Source of the DNA: Oikopleura dioica
Taxonomy: Eukaryota > Animalia > Chordata
DNA length: 64,000 nucleotides
Direction: 5' to 3'
Assembly: GCA_907165135.1 (NCBI GenBank)
Contig: OU015568.1
Span: 5,270,001-5,334,000 of the forward strand
In this document: piece after piece, positions 24,217 to 37,188 of the stretch
Numbering within the stretch: the first letter of the stretch is position 1
Layout: every line of letters starts with the position of its first letter
The notes under the pieces: model-generated
The model's input: the letters and a program-made list of their open reading frames with translations, nothing else
What the model was told of the DNA's origin: nothing
Database searches by the model: none
Position numbers and translations under genes: made by a program

Positions 24217-26220
24217 TACCGAATAAGGGTATCACTACTTAATTTCGAAGAAAAAATTTTTTCGGAATAAGGGCTTCACCAATAAATTTTGAAGATAAAA
24301 ATTTTTGGTGGAATAAGGTTATCACTTCTTAATTTCGAAGAAAAAATTTTTTTCGCGAAATCAGGGTATCACTTCATTTTCTTCAAAAAAGTTGTTTTGT
24401 TGATTATGTCATTATCGTAACTCAAAACAGCAAAAGTCAAAAGGTGAGGAAGGACACGTGATTGGACTCCTTCTATTCCTTGATTTCTAATGACATCAGC
24501 TAATTCGATTTCGCGCTCACAAAGTTTGAGGTCAAACAGGAAATGCGTTGGCAAGCTTTATTGTGGCTACTCAAGCCGCGTTAATTCGGCACCGCCGCGA
24601 GTTCAAGATTTCTCCTCCAAGAAAGGATTTTTCCTTCAAGAAAACGAAAATTACGCTCTTCGAGAATTTTCGCTGTCAGCAATTTTCTTTAGACATATTG
24701 TTTGTCATAGCCGCTTAATCAATAAGTCCCAGACATACCAGGTATACAGTAATCTTAAAAAAAAAAGCTACAAAGTGCAGCTTTTAATTCTTTTTCGAAT
24801 GAGAATTATTTTTCTTTTTTACTTCGGTGTTTTTTCGAATCCTGTAAGTCCGAATTTACAGTTGATCTTTGAGCTTTTTTTAGTATATTGATGAATTCAA
24901 ATCCCTCCAAGATTTTGTCTTTGCAACGAAACTTCCCATCAAAAAACAGGTTCTTCAAGTATTTATTCAAAAAATCAAGCAAAAAGTCTTTAGGAACATG
25001 AATTGTCGAGTAAATCGAATAATCACGGAGTTTTCTCGGCGCTGATTTCAATTTTGAGCGATCCTTGGAGAGAAGAACCTGAAAAAACAGCAACAAGAAA
25101 AACAGACCCAAGAAAAGACCCGAAGAATGCGATTCGATGGGGCCATTTTTAGTCTGTTATGAATATTAAAATCAAATAAATTTTTCTTTTTAAAATCTTG
25201 ATAATTTTAGACATTTAATTTGAAAATTTTGGCTTGAAAGATTGTGAAAAAAAAGCATCATAATGTCAAAACCAAGAAAATTATGTTTGACAAGCAATTT
25301 TCAAAAGAAAAATCGTCGTCGAATTGTTTTGTTGTCAACACTATTAGCGCCAGGGTTGCAGAAGAGGAGGGGGAGAGGGCTCGCGGGCACAGTGCGTGTT
25401 CAAGAAAACGAAGGAGCAACGATAGGTACCGTAAGGGACACGCGGGGCACCCAAAGGTGGGGATTTATCAAAAAAGAATTCTGCTTGCTTTGTTTTTTCT
25501 TGAACTGATTAGAGATTTGAACAAGAAGACGGCGAAAATAATCATCATCGAATTTTGCGTAAGTCATTTAATTTTTAGGAAAAATCAAATATTTGATTTC
25601 ACGAAAATTTCTGGATGTTTTTTTCGAAAAAAGAATCAAATTTTTAAAAAAATAAAGAGAATATTATTTTATTAAATTTTTTGGTAGTAAAATTGATTTT
25701 TATAATTTTCACAATTTATAATATATTTTTCGCATTGCTTAAAACTAACAATAATAAGATTATTTTTGAATTGAAAAAAAAAGAAAAAAGTTTTTCTTTC
25801 GTTTTTGAGAAATTCAGTTGGGAAAGTATTATTCAGCTTCTTGATAAGATACGCTCTAGAAACCACGTTGATCTTCCCTGCTCTTGAACCCGCCATTTTC
25901 TCTTTTCTTCTAATATGGCAATCTTATCGCTCAAGCGAGAGGTTCAAGTTGAAAGAGAGCGCAAAACTCGAGATGTCTGAGTTAATCAGCAAGATCAAAA
26001 TATTGGCAAAGAGTTAAATTTGTCACTTGAGGAACTTGCCGATTTCACTCAAAAGACACGTCATAAGGTCTCGGGTGAACGAAGCTAGAAAAAACAACTG
26101 CCTTTCTTCTTTTTCTTCTTCAAGGCGGATAATATTAGCATTTACAATTGCCGTGCCCACCGTTCGCCGAAACACGAATTCAAAAATGGCACTGGAGGTT
26201 TTCATCGATCAATGGTCATT

Positions 26221-26545
26221 TCAAGGAAATAGACATTTCAAGAAAACGGTCATTTAAAAAAAGGACATTTTAAGAAAACGGACATTTCAAGATAACGGAC
26301 ATTTAAAAGAAACGGACATTTCAAGCAAAGAAAATCTTCAAATGTCCAGTTTTTTAAATGTCCTTTTTGATAAAAATGTCCGCTTTTCTTGAAATGTCTT
26401 AACAGATCTAAATGTCCATTTTTCTTGAAATTTCAAGTAAAGCGGACATTTACAGGGCAGCAGACATTTAAGGGAAAACGGACATTTCAAATGTTTCTTC
26501 AAATGTCCACCTTCTTGAAATGTCCGTTTTCTTCAAATGTCGAAA
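26221..26545. repeat. Foldback of ~16-bp AAACGGACATTTCAAG subrepeats in both orientations
   Basis: Multiple GGACATTT units followed by AAATGTCC units. Confidence 0.7.
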
Positions 26546-27428
26546 AATGCCAAAAAATTGGTCGGACTTGTTAGTGTCCAAATTTGACGTCATGACGCTT
26601 ATTTTTTTCTAAAAATTAAAGTCCAGGATGAACCCAAGGAACGGTGATGGTCTGGTCACGTTTTTGCGTTTAATCTTGACGCTTGTTGAATTTCGAGGCG
26701 TTGGGTTTTAGTCGCTTGTTTTGAAACTTTCGGATTCGCTTTTTAACTTACTTTTGGAGAGCAAGCCTTTTGCTTTTCTAATTTTTGAACTTTGAAAATA
26801 ATAGAGGATTTTTGGATTCCGCCGCGGCTCAAGCGGACTTCGATTTGATCCGAAATTGAAAAAAGAACGTAGAAAAAATGGGAAAAAATTGAGAATAATT
26901 TTAGATTCGACAAAAAGCAGGAGCTTTGTTATGAATGAAAACTAAGAAGAAGCGATGGTGATTTTACTTGCAAGAACAGAAGATGGTCAGCAATATTATT
27001 TAGAGGTACAACTCAAGAAAATAAGAAAAAAAAGAGGGCTCGTGAGAACCTGTGTAGAAAACCTGAGTCAGAATTTGAAAAAGAAGCTTCGCGTTTTTAT
27101 TTTTCTATTTATTCTTGAAATTCAAGCGAAGCCGCTTTGCGGCTTTATTAAAAAAAGCGGCAACGACTCTTTTTTCACAAAAAATCGACAAATTTTGCGT
27201 TGGTGGCTTCTCGGCTGCTAATTTGCCGGCTTGCCGAATCAAGGCTTCTGATTGGTTGAAAATTTCCACGTAAAATTTGTCGAGATTTTTGTCGATTCCT
27301 GACACTCCGCAAAAATTCTTGTTCAAAAATCCCAATTATCAGATGTCGATTATCATAAACAGTAATTATAGTCTCTCACGTGAGACGACGCACGTGCTCT
27401 TAAAAGAACGTGTAAGCCATTCAGGATA

Positions 27429-27816
27429 ATAAAGTCTTGCGACGCACCTTTCCGGTTGGCCACTTGAGCTCTCGGAAATATTACTGCTTTTATCTTCTTT
27501 TATGTCTAACCGTTCTTTTTCGATTCAGGTGGAGCTCAATTGCCGACTGAAGAAGCTGCGGGAAAAGCTCGAGGAAGTAACGCACATTCCACGTGGTCAT
27601 CAGAAAGTGATATTTAGCCATCCGTCGAGTTTCCACGACTCTGATGTGGACAAAGCAAAGGGCAAGGGATGCTTCAAGTGGTGGCTCTCCCGACATTTCA
27701 TTCCCAGAGCGCCCGAGAAAAAGGAAAAGGGCTTGAAACAGTTTGTATTCAAATTAATCAGTTTCGAAAAAATTAAATTTTTTAATAATATATTTCAAAT
27801 AAATTTAAAAAAATAA
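27429..27816 (+). CDS. Ubiquitin-like-domain-containing exons; gene limits uncertain (a candidate upstream exon starts at 26955)
   Basis: LKKLREKLEEVTHIPRGHQKVIF resembles the Ubl helix/strand pattern (LKEKLEEVTGIPxxxQKLIF), preceded by a CAG acceptor. Confidence 0.45.
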
Positions 27817-27967
27817 TAGAATAAAATAGAATTTAATAAAATTTAAATAATTTAAAAATTGAATAAATTTGTTTTTAAATTATTAATTCTAAATAAATCA
27901 ATAAAAATAATTTAATAAATTTGTTTTAAACAAATAAACTTTTAATAAATTTTGAAAATTGATTTAA

Positions 27968-28309
27968 GGACCCTAACACCCCCGTCAACAACTTTCCTAA
28001 AAAATCGAAAATTTCAAAACAGCCATATTTTGGCTTCTTAGTGTGCCTGGAAGTTTAATACATCATAAAAACATGTTCGGCGCACTTCTTGACCAAAAAA
28101 AATCTAAAATTTTACCAAAATTGGGACTTTCTCGTCATTTTTAGTCGAAAAGTCCGATTTTCAAACACGATTTTGAGGGTGAAGGAGTCGAGATAGACCC
28201 CCAAAAAATGAAGCCTCAAAATCGTTTTATGACCCGTTGAATCCATTTCCGGGGTCAAAATTTTAAAATTCCGAAAATAATTTTTTCGAAAAGTGTTGAC
28301 GGGGGGTCC
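27968..28309. mobile_element. TTAA-flanked GG...CC non-autonomous element
   Basis: TTAA|GGACCC(8-nt insert)CCCGTCAACA ... TGTTGACGGGGGGTCC|TTAA. Confidence 0.75.
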
Positions 28310-29419
28310 TTAATCAAAATTTTTAATTAAAATAATTTAATAAAGTCAAAAAAATGCTTCGTTAAAAAATAGAGCCCCGAAAAAGAAAATTCTGAAGCAA
28401 AAAGTAATGCTGACCATTTCTCATGTAAAGTAAGAACCACAATGGATAATGATTTATAAAAAAACAATTCAATTTTTATTTGACTGTAATTATTATTTTG
28501 CCTCTTCAAAATGTGACTTTTCGAAAGCGCGAGGTAAATCTTCTATCTGTACAAAATATTGTTCTCAAAATACAAATTCACGTGGCTACTGCTTGTTCCA
28601 AAAATATTGAGCTAAAAATGATGGCAAGATGATTATTAAGTGCACCAGAAAAACATGCGTGCGGAGGCGATTGGTATCGTTTTGTATAACAAGAGATAAG
28701 GAGCACAAAATTGATGATGATAATTTGTTCGTTCTGCGGTTGATTAAGGGCTTCAAGTGATTTTTGAACGGAAGGTTTTTATGTGCATTTTCGAAAGAAA
28801 AGCTAAAAGGGACTTTTGGATTCTTTAATATAAATTTCGCCGCGGTCGATTTATTTTTGTTCACGACAGTTCATTCAAAATCACTGGTTGAATACGTCAC
28901 TGGCATGAAATAAAGTTTAATTGCTGCTCCTTCCGATTTGTGCGTAAAAATATCTTGGAAGACCTGTAGTTACCTAGTTGCTCTGCAATTTCACTGACAT
29001 CGATTATAACTTTGTAAGAAACGCTTATTCTCGAATCTTTATTGCAAGTGATAATTTTTTGACATTCGATTTTACGAGAAAGAGTGGAGAAAACATTTTT
29101 ACCACAGTAATATGCATTTTCGTTTACCAGAGATAAGACAAAATCGTATAACTTGATACAAGCAAATAAGTGATTATTATGGGTCAAATTTTTGGCTCAA
29201 AAGAGTGTTTTGTGGCTCAAGGGTGTATGGATTTGTGTTTGCATCCGTGGGTAAAATAACCAAATCGACTTTTATCGTAAAAATAAGAGAAATGAAAAGC
29301 TTTTAAAGTTATTATCATGAGAGAATTGCTGATTGATCATGTCGTCGTTCATCATCTTCTCTCTGACCACATAACTTCCTAGATTGTCCTTTTGGCAAAT
29401 CTTTTTTGCTAAGATTGAA

Positions 29420-31661
29420 ATGATACTCATCATCGTCGTCCTGAGCTTTGTGAAAGCTCGGGAGTACTGGCCAGAAGAAGCACTTCACGAAGAACTGTTG
29501 TCTCACTACGACAAGTGTAAGTTCCCCGTGACAAAAAGACGCTAATTATCATTGCAACTGATTGCCCTTTGAAAGAATTATTCAGCGACAGCAATAAAAT
29601 AATTAAAGTGACCACACTTTTCAATGCACCATAAAAATGCTTTTCATTGGAGCAATTACTTCGATAAAAAACCAGAAACAGCAATTTTCTACCATTTTTT
29701 AAAGAACGAAACAAAATGCTGATAATTTTTTTACTTTTTGATTTCATAAATGCGAGAGAGCCAACTGCAGAGGAAAAATTGCACGAAGATCTTTTAGAAC
29801 ACTATTTCAAAGGTATCTTTTTTCTTCTTCGCTTATTTAGTTTTCAGATGTGAGCCCTTTAATCGTCCTCCCGAAAAACAAGTCCATCGAAGATCGAGAA
29901 TACCGCGAAGAAATCTGTCAAGAATGGATTCCGAAAATCATGGAAAACTTCCCCGAAAATGCAAATCGAGAAGAATCCCTTGCTCATGTTTTCTACTGCA
30001 CCCATGCGAGCTCCGATTTCGAAGAAATAAGAGCTTGCGATGAGTGGCTCGACTATATTTACTTCAAGAATCCCAGATCTGCGCCTTATCACGGTAGGAT
30101 TAAAGATCAAGGGAGGGGTTTAAGACGATCTCTCTTTAGGAAAATGCGAAGTCCACGATGATGATTTCTACGAGCGCGTCGGCTATCTGGATGGAAAGAA
30201 AAAGTCGGCGATTTCGCCGAACATGACGATGTAAGCGCGAACGAAATTCTCATTCTCAACGACATTCTCAAACGACCCTTGTATGATCACGTGATCGATG
30301 TAGATCTTTACATCGAGCTCGATGGAATCAACAAGATCGAACTTAGAGGAGCATACATGGACTTGACCTTCACGATGTACGCGAACTGGTACGACTCGCG
30401 ACTCAAATGGGACGATAAAGAGTACAACGGTGTTTTGTACACAATCTTCGACCCTTCGAAAATCTGGACGCCGCCGATCGAGATCATGAATCTTGTTCAA
30501 ATGATCGACGGAAAGCTCGAATACGTCTGCGAAGTGCATCATGACGGAACTGTCCATGAAATCATCAAAATGCGCGCTCTCGTCGGATGCGACGTCCAGC
30601 AGAATTTGTATCCATTTGACTCACAAGAATGCGGCCTTTCTTTTGCCACACCGACAATGTCCGATTACAAGCTGTATTTTCACGTCCACGAGTGGAACAT
30701 GCTCAACACTCTTGGAAATCTTTCCTCGAGCGTTGGAAATTACGAAGAAGTCCATCTCAGCGTTCTCAAGGGATCATTTTACCATGACAACGCAGAATGG
30801 GATCTTCTAGGATACAAATATGCAGCCGAAAAAGTCATTGGCCATTTGAAACGATCCTATTCCCTCGTCAATGTCTACTTTCTACTCGAGCGTCACACGG
30901 TCTACTATGAAGTCACCCTGTTCATTCCCATCGTTTGCTTGAATCTTCTGGTCTGCCTTGGTCTCTGGATGCCGATTTCTTGCGGCGAAGCGGTTGGTTT
31001 CCAGGTCACGATGCTCCTAGCAGTAGTGCTCTACCTCGACCTTCTTTCACGAACAACGCCGGTTTTCGACTCGATTGGTCAAAGTCCACGACTGATGATT
31101 CTCTTTCTTATTACAACCATCGCAAGTCTCATTGCTCATATTATTCTGAGTGAGGGAACGGAAGAGTATTAGGGGGCTCATTCTTATTTAAGCATTTACG
31201 ATGTGGAAATCGTCACGTGACGAAGACACTCTGCATAACCTTTCGCCTTTCAAATGCAAGTTTACGATGAAAATGGCGAAACTTCTCGAATGGTTGACGA
31301 GACAGACGTACAAGATTCCAAAAGCGATCGAACAAATTATCGGTAAAATTCTCGGAGAAAATGACGATTATCTATTTTTCTTAAGATTCGCCGCAAAAAG
31401 TCGAAAAGATTGAAAATGAAGAGTTGGAGAAAGCTTGGCGTTTCTACGCGAAGATGTCAAGAATAAGGGTTCTAGAATTAAAAACACAATTCTGTAGAAT
31501 TTCGGGGAAAACAGAAATGAACCTTGAATAGTCATTTTTGGGCGACTTTGCTGACCTCTGCAGTGGTTCTCTGTACATTCGTGATTATTCTCGACTTGCA
31601 CATTGAGCGATACATTTTCCACTCGAATGTTGAAAAATCAGTTCTGAAGGGAGTTCACTAA
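29420..31661 (+). CDS. Cys-loop ligand-gated cation channel subunit (5-HT3/ZAC/non-alpha nAChR-like) with two alternative first exons (29420-29516, 29716-29812)
   Basis: WYDSRLKWD, KIWTPPIEIMN, Cys-loop CDVQQNLYPFDSQEC, NAEWDL, M1-M3 (PIVCLN…SCGEAVGFQVTMLL) and M4 (FWATLLTSAVVLCTFVII). Loop C has no vicinal cysteines. Confidence 0.92.
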
Positions 31662-31832
31662 CTCAATAAACTGACAACGATCCTTAATTTATTTATACAG
31701 AAATTAACAATGTCCTTGGATTATTCCTCGCTATAAACTACATTGAGTAGTTTTTGAACTTTTCTCGTGAATTTGACATCGGAAATCTTGAATTTTTTGA
31801 CGAACCAATACATCGCTAGACCAAGAGACATC

Positions 31833-34077
31833 TTATTTTTCTTTATCTTTTAAACAAGAGACGGTCTGATAGCTTACCCATCCGATTAAGACAAAGTAGG
31901 GTACGAAGCTTGAGATACCGGCATTGTAGTCGAGCTGGAGGAAGGGAGTGAAAGTGAGGTAAGTTCCAACGAAGATTGTAAGGAGAATGAGTGGAAACGG
32001 GACTCGAACTGGCCTCGGAGCCTTAAGGAGGTAGAGATCAAGAATCGCCATTTTCTGTCAGACTTTTCTCCCAAAGTTAAAATAGTAACACCCTTATTTT
32101 ACTTCGGACACAAAAACTTTCCCCTTTTTTCCTATGGAAGCTGAAATTTTGAGTTTCAAAAAGATTTTTATAAAATTTTTCGTCAAAAATCGCGTATTTT
32201 TGGCAAAAATAAATTTTGAACAAAAAAAATAAGGGGGTCACTATGTTAGAAATATGAGAAAACACTGACAGCAAATCCGATTTTTGATATCTCCCCCCTT
32301 AGAAATTGAGAATTTTCATTTGAAGACATAGAAGATTACCTCAGGCTTTGTGAATCTGAGCACCAAGCAAGTGACAAACGTCAATGTATGAAAGAACCAC
32401 ATTGTGAAGCTGAAAATATTGACTAAAATATTTCATTATTTCTTTTTCCAACATTTTCAACTCAAACTCAAAAGGGTGAAATTGCCGATCACGATGAGGA
32501 AAATGGTGATTGCGGCGGTAAAAAGAACGGATGGCGAGGGCGATTTCTTGTCGACATTGATCATTGCTAGAATTTTCGGGAACATGCCCTCGCGAGCGGC
32601 GACGAAGGGGCCGCGGGCAGCGGTGAAGGAGGCGATGACGATGGCGCCGAAGGTGGAGAGCATGACCATGAAGGAAATTGCTCGATCGAGGCTAGAAAAG
32701 GGGGCATGTTTTGTCTTTCTTCGTTGATTTCACTCTTACCCAGGGTAGATTCTGTTCGCAAAAGCAGCACCAACGGCCTCAGATTCCAACAATCCGATCG
32801 GGCCCAACACCGTCAGGTAAGAAATATTGACGCAGACGTAGAAAGAAATCACGGATACGATAGAAATCATCAGCGCTTTTGGAAGATCTGACAGTCGTTT
32901 CATTTCTTCGATGATGTAGGTGAGCTGATTCCATCTTTTCGAGGGCTTTTTATTTCAAGAAAAACATAATGAATTTTTTCCCTTATTAAAAATAAGCCCT
33001 CCCCATCGTATGACCACATGGCCTGGTAAAACGCAAATCCGAGTCCCGCCAAAACACTCTTCTCCGAATAAATTGGGCTAAAAAGATTCTCTGGGTACCA
33101 AATTGACAAATCAGCTTTTCCAGAAACAGCAAAATAAACTCCGCCGATGATGATTGCCACCAAAGAAATGAACTTTCCAAGGCCGAAAAACTTGTTCAAG
33201 TTCGATCATTTCTCATGAAAATGGGTGTTTTGGTGTTAACAATTGACCCAATTATGAATTTTATTACCGCTCAAAACGAGCCACAAAAAAACGATCAAAC
33301 TCGATTCCTTGACAGATTTCTGCGTCCACTCTATTGAAACAATATTCAGCGCTGCCGCTGTAGAAATCGCTAGAATCGCCCAAAGCTTTTGAGCCGTCTC
33401 GTAGTTGTCTGAATATTGGCAGAAACTGGGCGACATGAATTTCATCGCATAGTCTCCGAAAGTAATGGCGATGATTCCGAGAGTCGCAGTTTTGAGAATA
33501 GTCGCGCCGGTAAAAGCGAAAAGATATGCAGGAAATTTTCCTCGGGGTAAGCCGTGGTACATAAAGGCGAATTCTCCGCCGGATTTTGGAATCACTAGAA
33601 AATCACTGAAAAACTGGGCGACACTGGTTATGTCGCCGAATGTCGCCGAATGTCGCTGAATGTCGCCAAAAAGGCAAATTTCTGAATGGCGACATTCGGC
33701 GACATTCGGCGACATTTGGCTACATTTGGCTACATAACCAGTGTCACGCCAAAAAAGAAGAAGTCAAGTCGGTTCGAAATGACTTATCAAAATGAGGATA
33801 ATTGATTGGAATGAGAATTACATAATAAAATCATTCGATAATTCGATTTTTACGAACCGCATGCTAGCTCAGCATAGACCATCGATCCCAAGCCGGCAAG
33901 GAGTCCTCCAAGAGCCCAAACAATCAGACAGAGTCCCGGGCTATTCGTATATTCCAGCACTCCCTTTGGCGAGACGAAGATGCCGGAGCCAACCTGGCAG
34001 CCGACGATGACCATAACTGCTCCTTTGAGATCGACGGATTTCTTGAGCGTCACTTTTGCCACATTTTCTGTCTTCAT
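31833..34077 (-). CDS. SLC7 family (LAT/y+LAT/b0,+AT-like) amino acid transporter light chain
   Basis: VGSGIFVSPKGVL, YAEL, IPKSGGE, AFYQAMWSYDG, AAREGMFP, LRFTKPEAPRPVRVP. Confidence 0.93.
32027..32298. mobile_element. TTAA-type element inserted at the splice acceptor of an SLC7 intron; same family as 39394-39777
   Basis: TTAA|GGAGGTAGAGATCA ... TGATATCTCCCCCC|TTAG. Shares the internal sequence CATTTTCTGTCAGACTTTTCTCCCAAAGT with the 39394 copy. Confidence 0.85.
33617..33750. repeat. Small foldback of 10-bp ATGTCGCCGA units in SLC7 intron 1
   Basis: GACACTGGTTATGTCGCC... mirrored by ...GGCTACATAACCAGTGTC. Confidence 0.75.
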
Positions 34078-35164
34078 TTTCGGGTTTCAAAAAGTTAAAA
34101 TTTATAATTTAAAAGAGTCTCTTGTTAAATTAAATCATTTGGAATGATAGCTTGTCAGCAGGATAATTAATTAAGGCGACGGGAGAGATAGATTATTACG
34201 ATGTGGGATTTATAGACGGTTTGAGATACGGAAACGCCTCTAATTTAAACCCAGTCGTGCCTTTTCGTTGTTCGAGCATCCAGACTGTCTGAAATAAAGC
34301 AATGTCGAGGAATGTTTCCTGGGGAGAAACTCAATGCTCAATACTTTGAAATTTATATTCAATAATTTTTAGTCAAAAAGACAATATTTTATTTTATTAT
34401 TATTTAAATCTATTATCATTATCATTATAATAATTAATTATACAATAAAAGGTTGATTTTTAATTCAATTTAAAATATTTTTTAATTAAAAAATCGGCTT
34501 TATTTTATTCAAAATAAACTTTTACCTTTCAACTCGAGAAAGTCGACGATCAATTCTCTTTCTCTGGAATTTCGTGAAAGTATTTTCCATGAAAAAATAA
34601 AACTGATTTGTATTAGATAAAAAGTAGTTACCTAATTGTGCGATTGGAACGTGATGAGCGCTTATTTTATACGAACGCTTTTATTTACGATTGGGCATAA
34701 AATTGAATCTTTTCAGAACATGTGCGAGAATGGTCAGATTCTTTTTGTCTTGACCGTTATTTTCGCTAAGAATGATGAATGGGGTTGCGCTGGTGGGATT
34801 TCGGCCGAAAACGGTTTGTTTTTCAAAATGGCTGAAACCACGGGACAATGTGTGAAAATTGGCGAAGATTTCATAAAAAATGGTAAAAATTAAAAATTTT
34901 TGAATTTTTGACGGTTAATTGGGATTTTTTTCAAAAAATACCGGGTTTTTCGCACGTTTTGCCGATTTTCTCACGTGGCCAGGCTTGGCCAACCAAACTG
35001 ACACCACCACAAGAAAGCTCAGACAATGCTGTCTACATATCAAGTCAAATCTCGTCCGGCAACGCCCGGCAACGAAAATGCGGGCGATTTGAAAATTTCC
35101 GTTTTGGCCGAAAATCGCCTTTCTTTGGAAAAATATAATAAATAATGTTAAAAATGAATAGAAG

Positions 35165-36480
35165 GGGCCGTCTCAGCCCCGTTCCTTGATTTTTAAATTT
35201 AAGGGGCTTGACGGCCCTTCGGGCCGTCTCAGCCCCGTTCCTTGATTTTTAAATTTAGGGGCTTGACGGCCCTTCGGGCCGTCTCAGCCCCGTTCCTTGA
35301 TTTTTAAATTTAAGGGCTTGACGGCCCTTCGGGCCGTCTCAGCCCCGTTCCTTGATTTTTAAATTTAAGGGCTTGACGGCCCTTCGGGCCGTCTCAGCCC
35401 CGTTCCTTGATTTTTAAATTTAAGGGCTTGACGGCCCTTCGGGCCGTCTCAGCCCCGTTCCTTGATTTTTAAATTTAGGGGCTTGACGGCCCTTCGGGCC
35501 GTCTCAGCCCCGTTCCTTGATTTTTAAATTTAAGGGCTTGACGGCCCTTCGGGCCGTCTCAGCCCCGTTCCTTGATTTTTAAATTTAAGGGCTTGACGGC
35601 CCTTCGGGCCGTCTCAGCCCCGTTCCTTGATTTTAAATTTAAGGGCTTGACGGCCCTTCGGGCCGTCTCAGCCCCGTTCCTTGATTTTTAAATTTAAGGG
35701 CTTGACGGCCCTTCGGGCCGTCTCAGCCCCGTTCCTTGATTTTTAAATTTAAGGGCTTGACGGCCCTTCGGGCCGTCTCAGCCCCGTTCCTTGATTTTTA
35801 AATTTAAGGGGCTTGACGGCCCTTCGGGCCGTCTCAGCCCCGTTCCTTGATTTTTAAATTTAAGGGGCTTGACGGCCCTTCGGGCCGTCTCAGCCCCGTT
35901 CCTTGATTTTTAAATTTAAGGGCTTGACGGCCCTTCGGGCCGTCTCAGCCCCGTTCCTTGATTTTTAAATTTAAGGGCTTGACGGCCCTTCGGGCCGTCT
36001 CAGCCCCGTTCCTTGATTTTTAAATTTAAGGGCTTGACGGCCCTTCGGGCCGTCTCAGCCCCGTTCCTTGATTTTTAAATTTAAGGGCTTGACGGCCCTT
36101 CGGGCCGTCTCAGCCCCGTTCCTTGATTTTTAAATTTAAGGGCTTGACGGCCCTTCGGGCCGTCTCAGCCCCGTTCCTTGATTTTTAAATTTAAGGGCTT
36201 GACGGCCCTTCGGGCCGTCTCAGCCCCGTTCCTTGATTTTTAAATTTAAGGGCTTGACGGCCCTTCGGGCCGTCTCAGCCCCGTTCCTTGATTTTTAAAT
36301 TTAAGGGGCTTGACGGCCCTTCGGGCCGTCTCAGCCCCGTTCCTTGATTTTAAATTTAAGGGGCTTGACGGCCCTTCGGGCCGTCTCAGCCCCGTTCCTT
36401 GATTTTTAAATTTAAGGGGCTTGACGGCCCTTCGGGCCGTCTCAGCCCCGTTCCTTGATTTTTAAATTTAAGGGGCTTGA
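35165..36480. repeat. ~55-bp tandem satellite, ~24 units
   Basis: Unit GGGCCGTCTCAGCCCCGTTCCTTGATTTTTAAATTTAAGGGCTTGACGGCCCTTC; units differ only by +/-1 nt in homopolymer runs. Confidence 0.97.
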
Positions 36481-37188
36481 GATCGGCGTTGGACTCTGAG
36501 GTGATCAATCTCAGTAATGTCCCCAACCCCACCCACACCCATTCGAGGTGAAAATACAAATTATTCAAGTTTATCCTTTTTTTATGGTTTCTATCCAAAT
36601 TTTTTATAATTTAAATTTCTTTATTTGCGGATTTATTATTTTGCTTCGACTTTTTTTCGACCCGAAAAAATCATTTTTGAGCTTTTTAAATGATAGTCTA
36701 GGTTTTCTCAGGCTTAATTTTGCAAGAATGAAAAAATCGATTTTTCGACCCCTATACCCTTAATTTTTCGAAAATTTTTTTTGATTTTTTTCTTGATTAG
36801 GACCTCAGAAATATATCCACAAAATTTCATCCCTCCAGGTTAAGTGCAAAAAAAGTCCATTTTCCCACTGGCGCAACCCCAATGATGAAGCTTGCGATGA
36901 TGAAAATTTTCGCTTAGAGAATTTATTTCATTTATAACTATAATTCAGAGGAAGAGAAGGTCATAAAACTAGTCGTCACAATTTCCGCAGTAAACATGTT
37001 CGTCACAGTCGCCGACAAAAACCCATTGATGAAATTTGTTGTATCGATGAATATCTACTTATGAGTGAGCTCAAACGCTTCATTTTCTCTTTACCTTCAA
37101 ATACTTTTTCAATCAGATTGACGAGCTCCCGAGGGGTCCCGGTCATTCCGTTTGCAATTGCTGAAAGCGCTTTCCTAGCCCAGGTGTC

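Noticed and set aside
25805-26257. Short ORFs on both strands
   Set aside because: A minus-strand gene is possible but needs an unsupported frameshift, and no family was recognised.
35165-36480. CRISPR-like array with palindromic repeats
   Set aside because: The units are contiguous and identical, with no spacers. The ORF at 36386-36598 is just satellite read-through.
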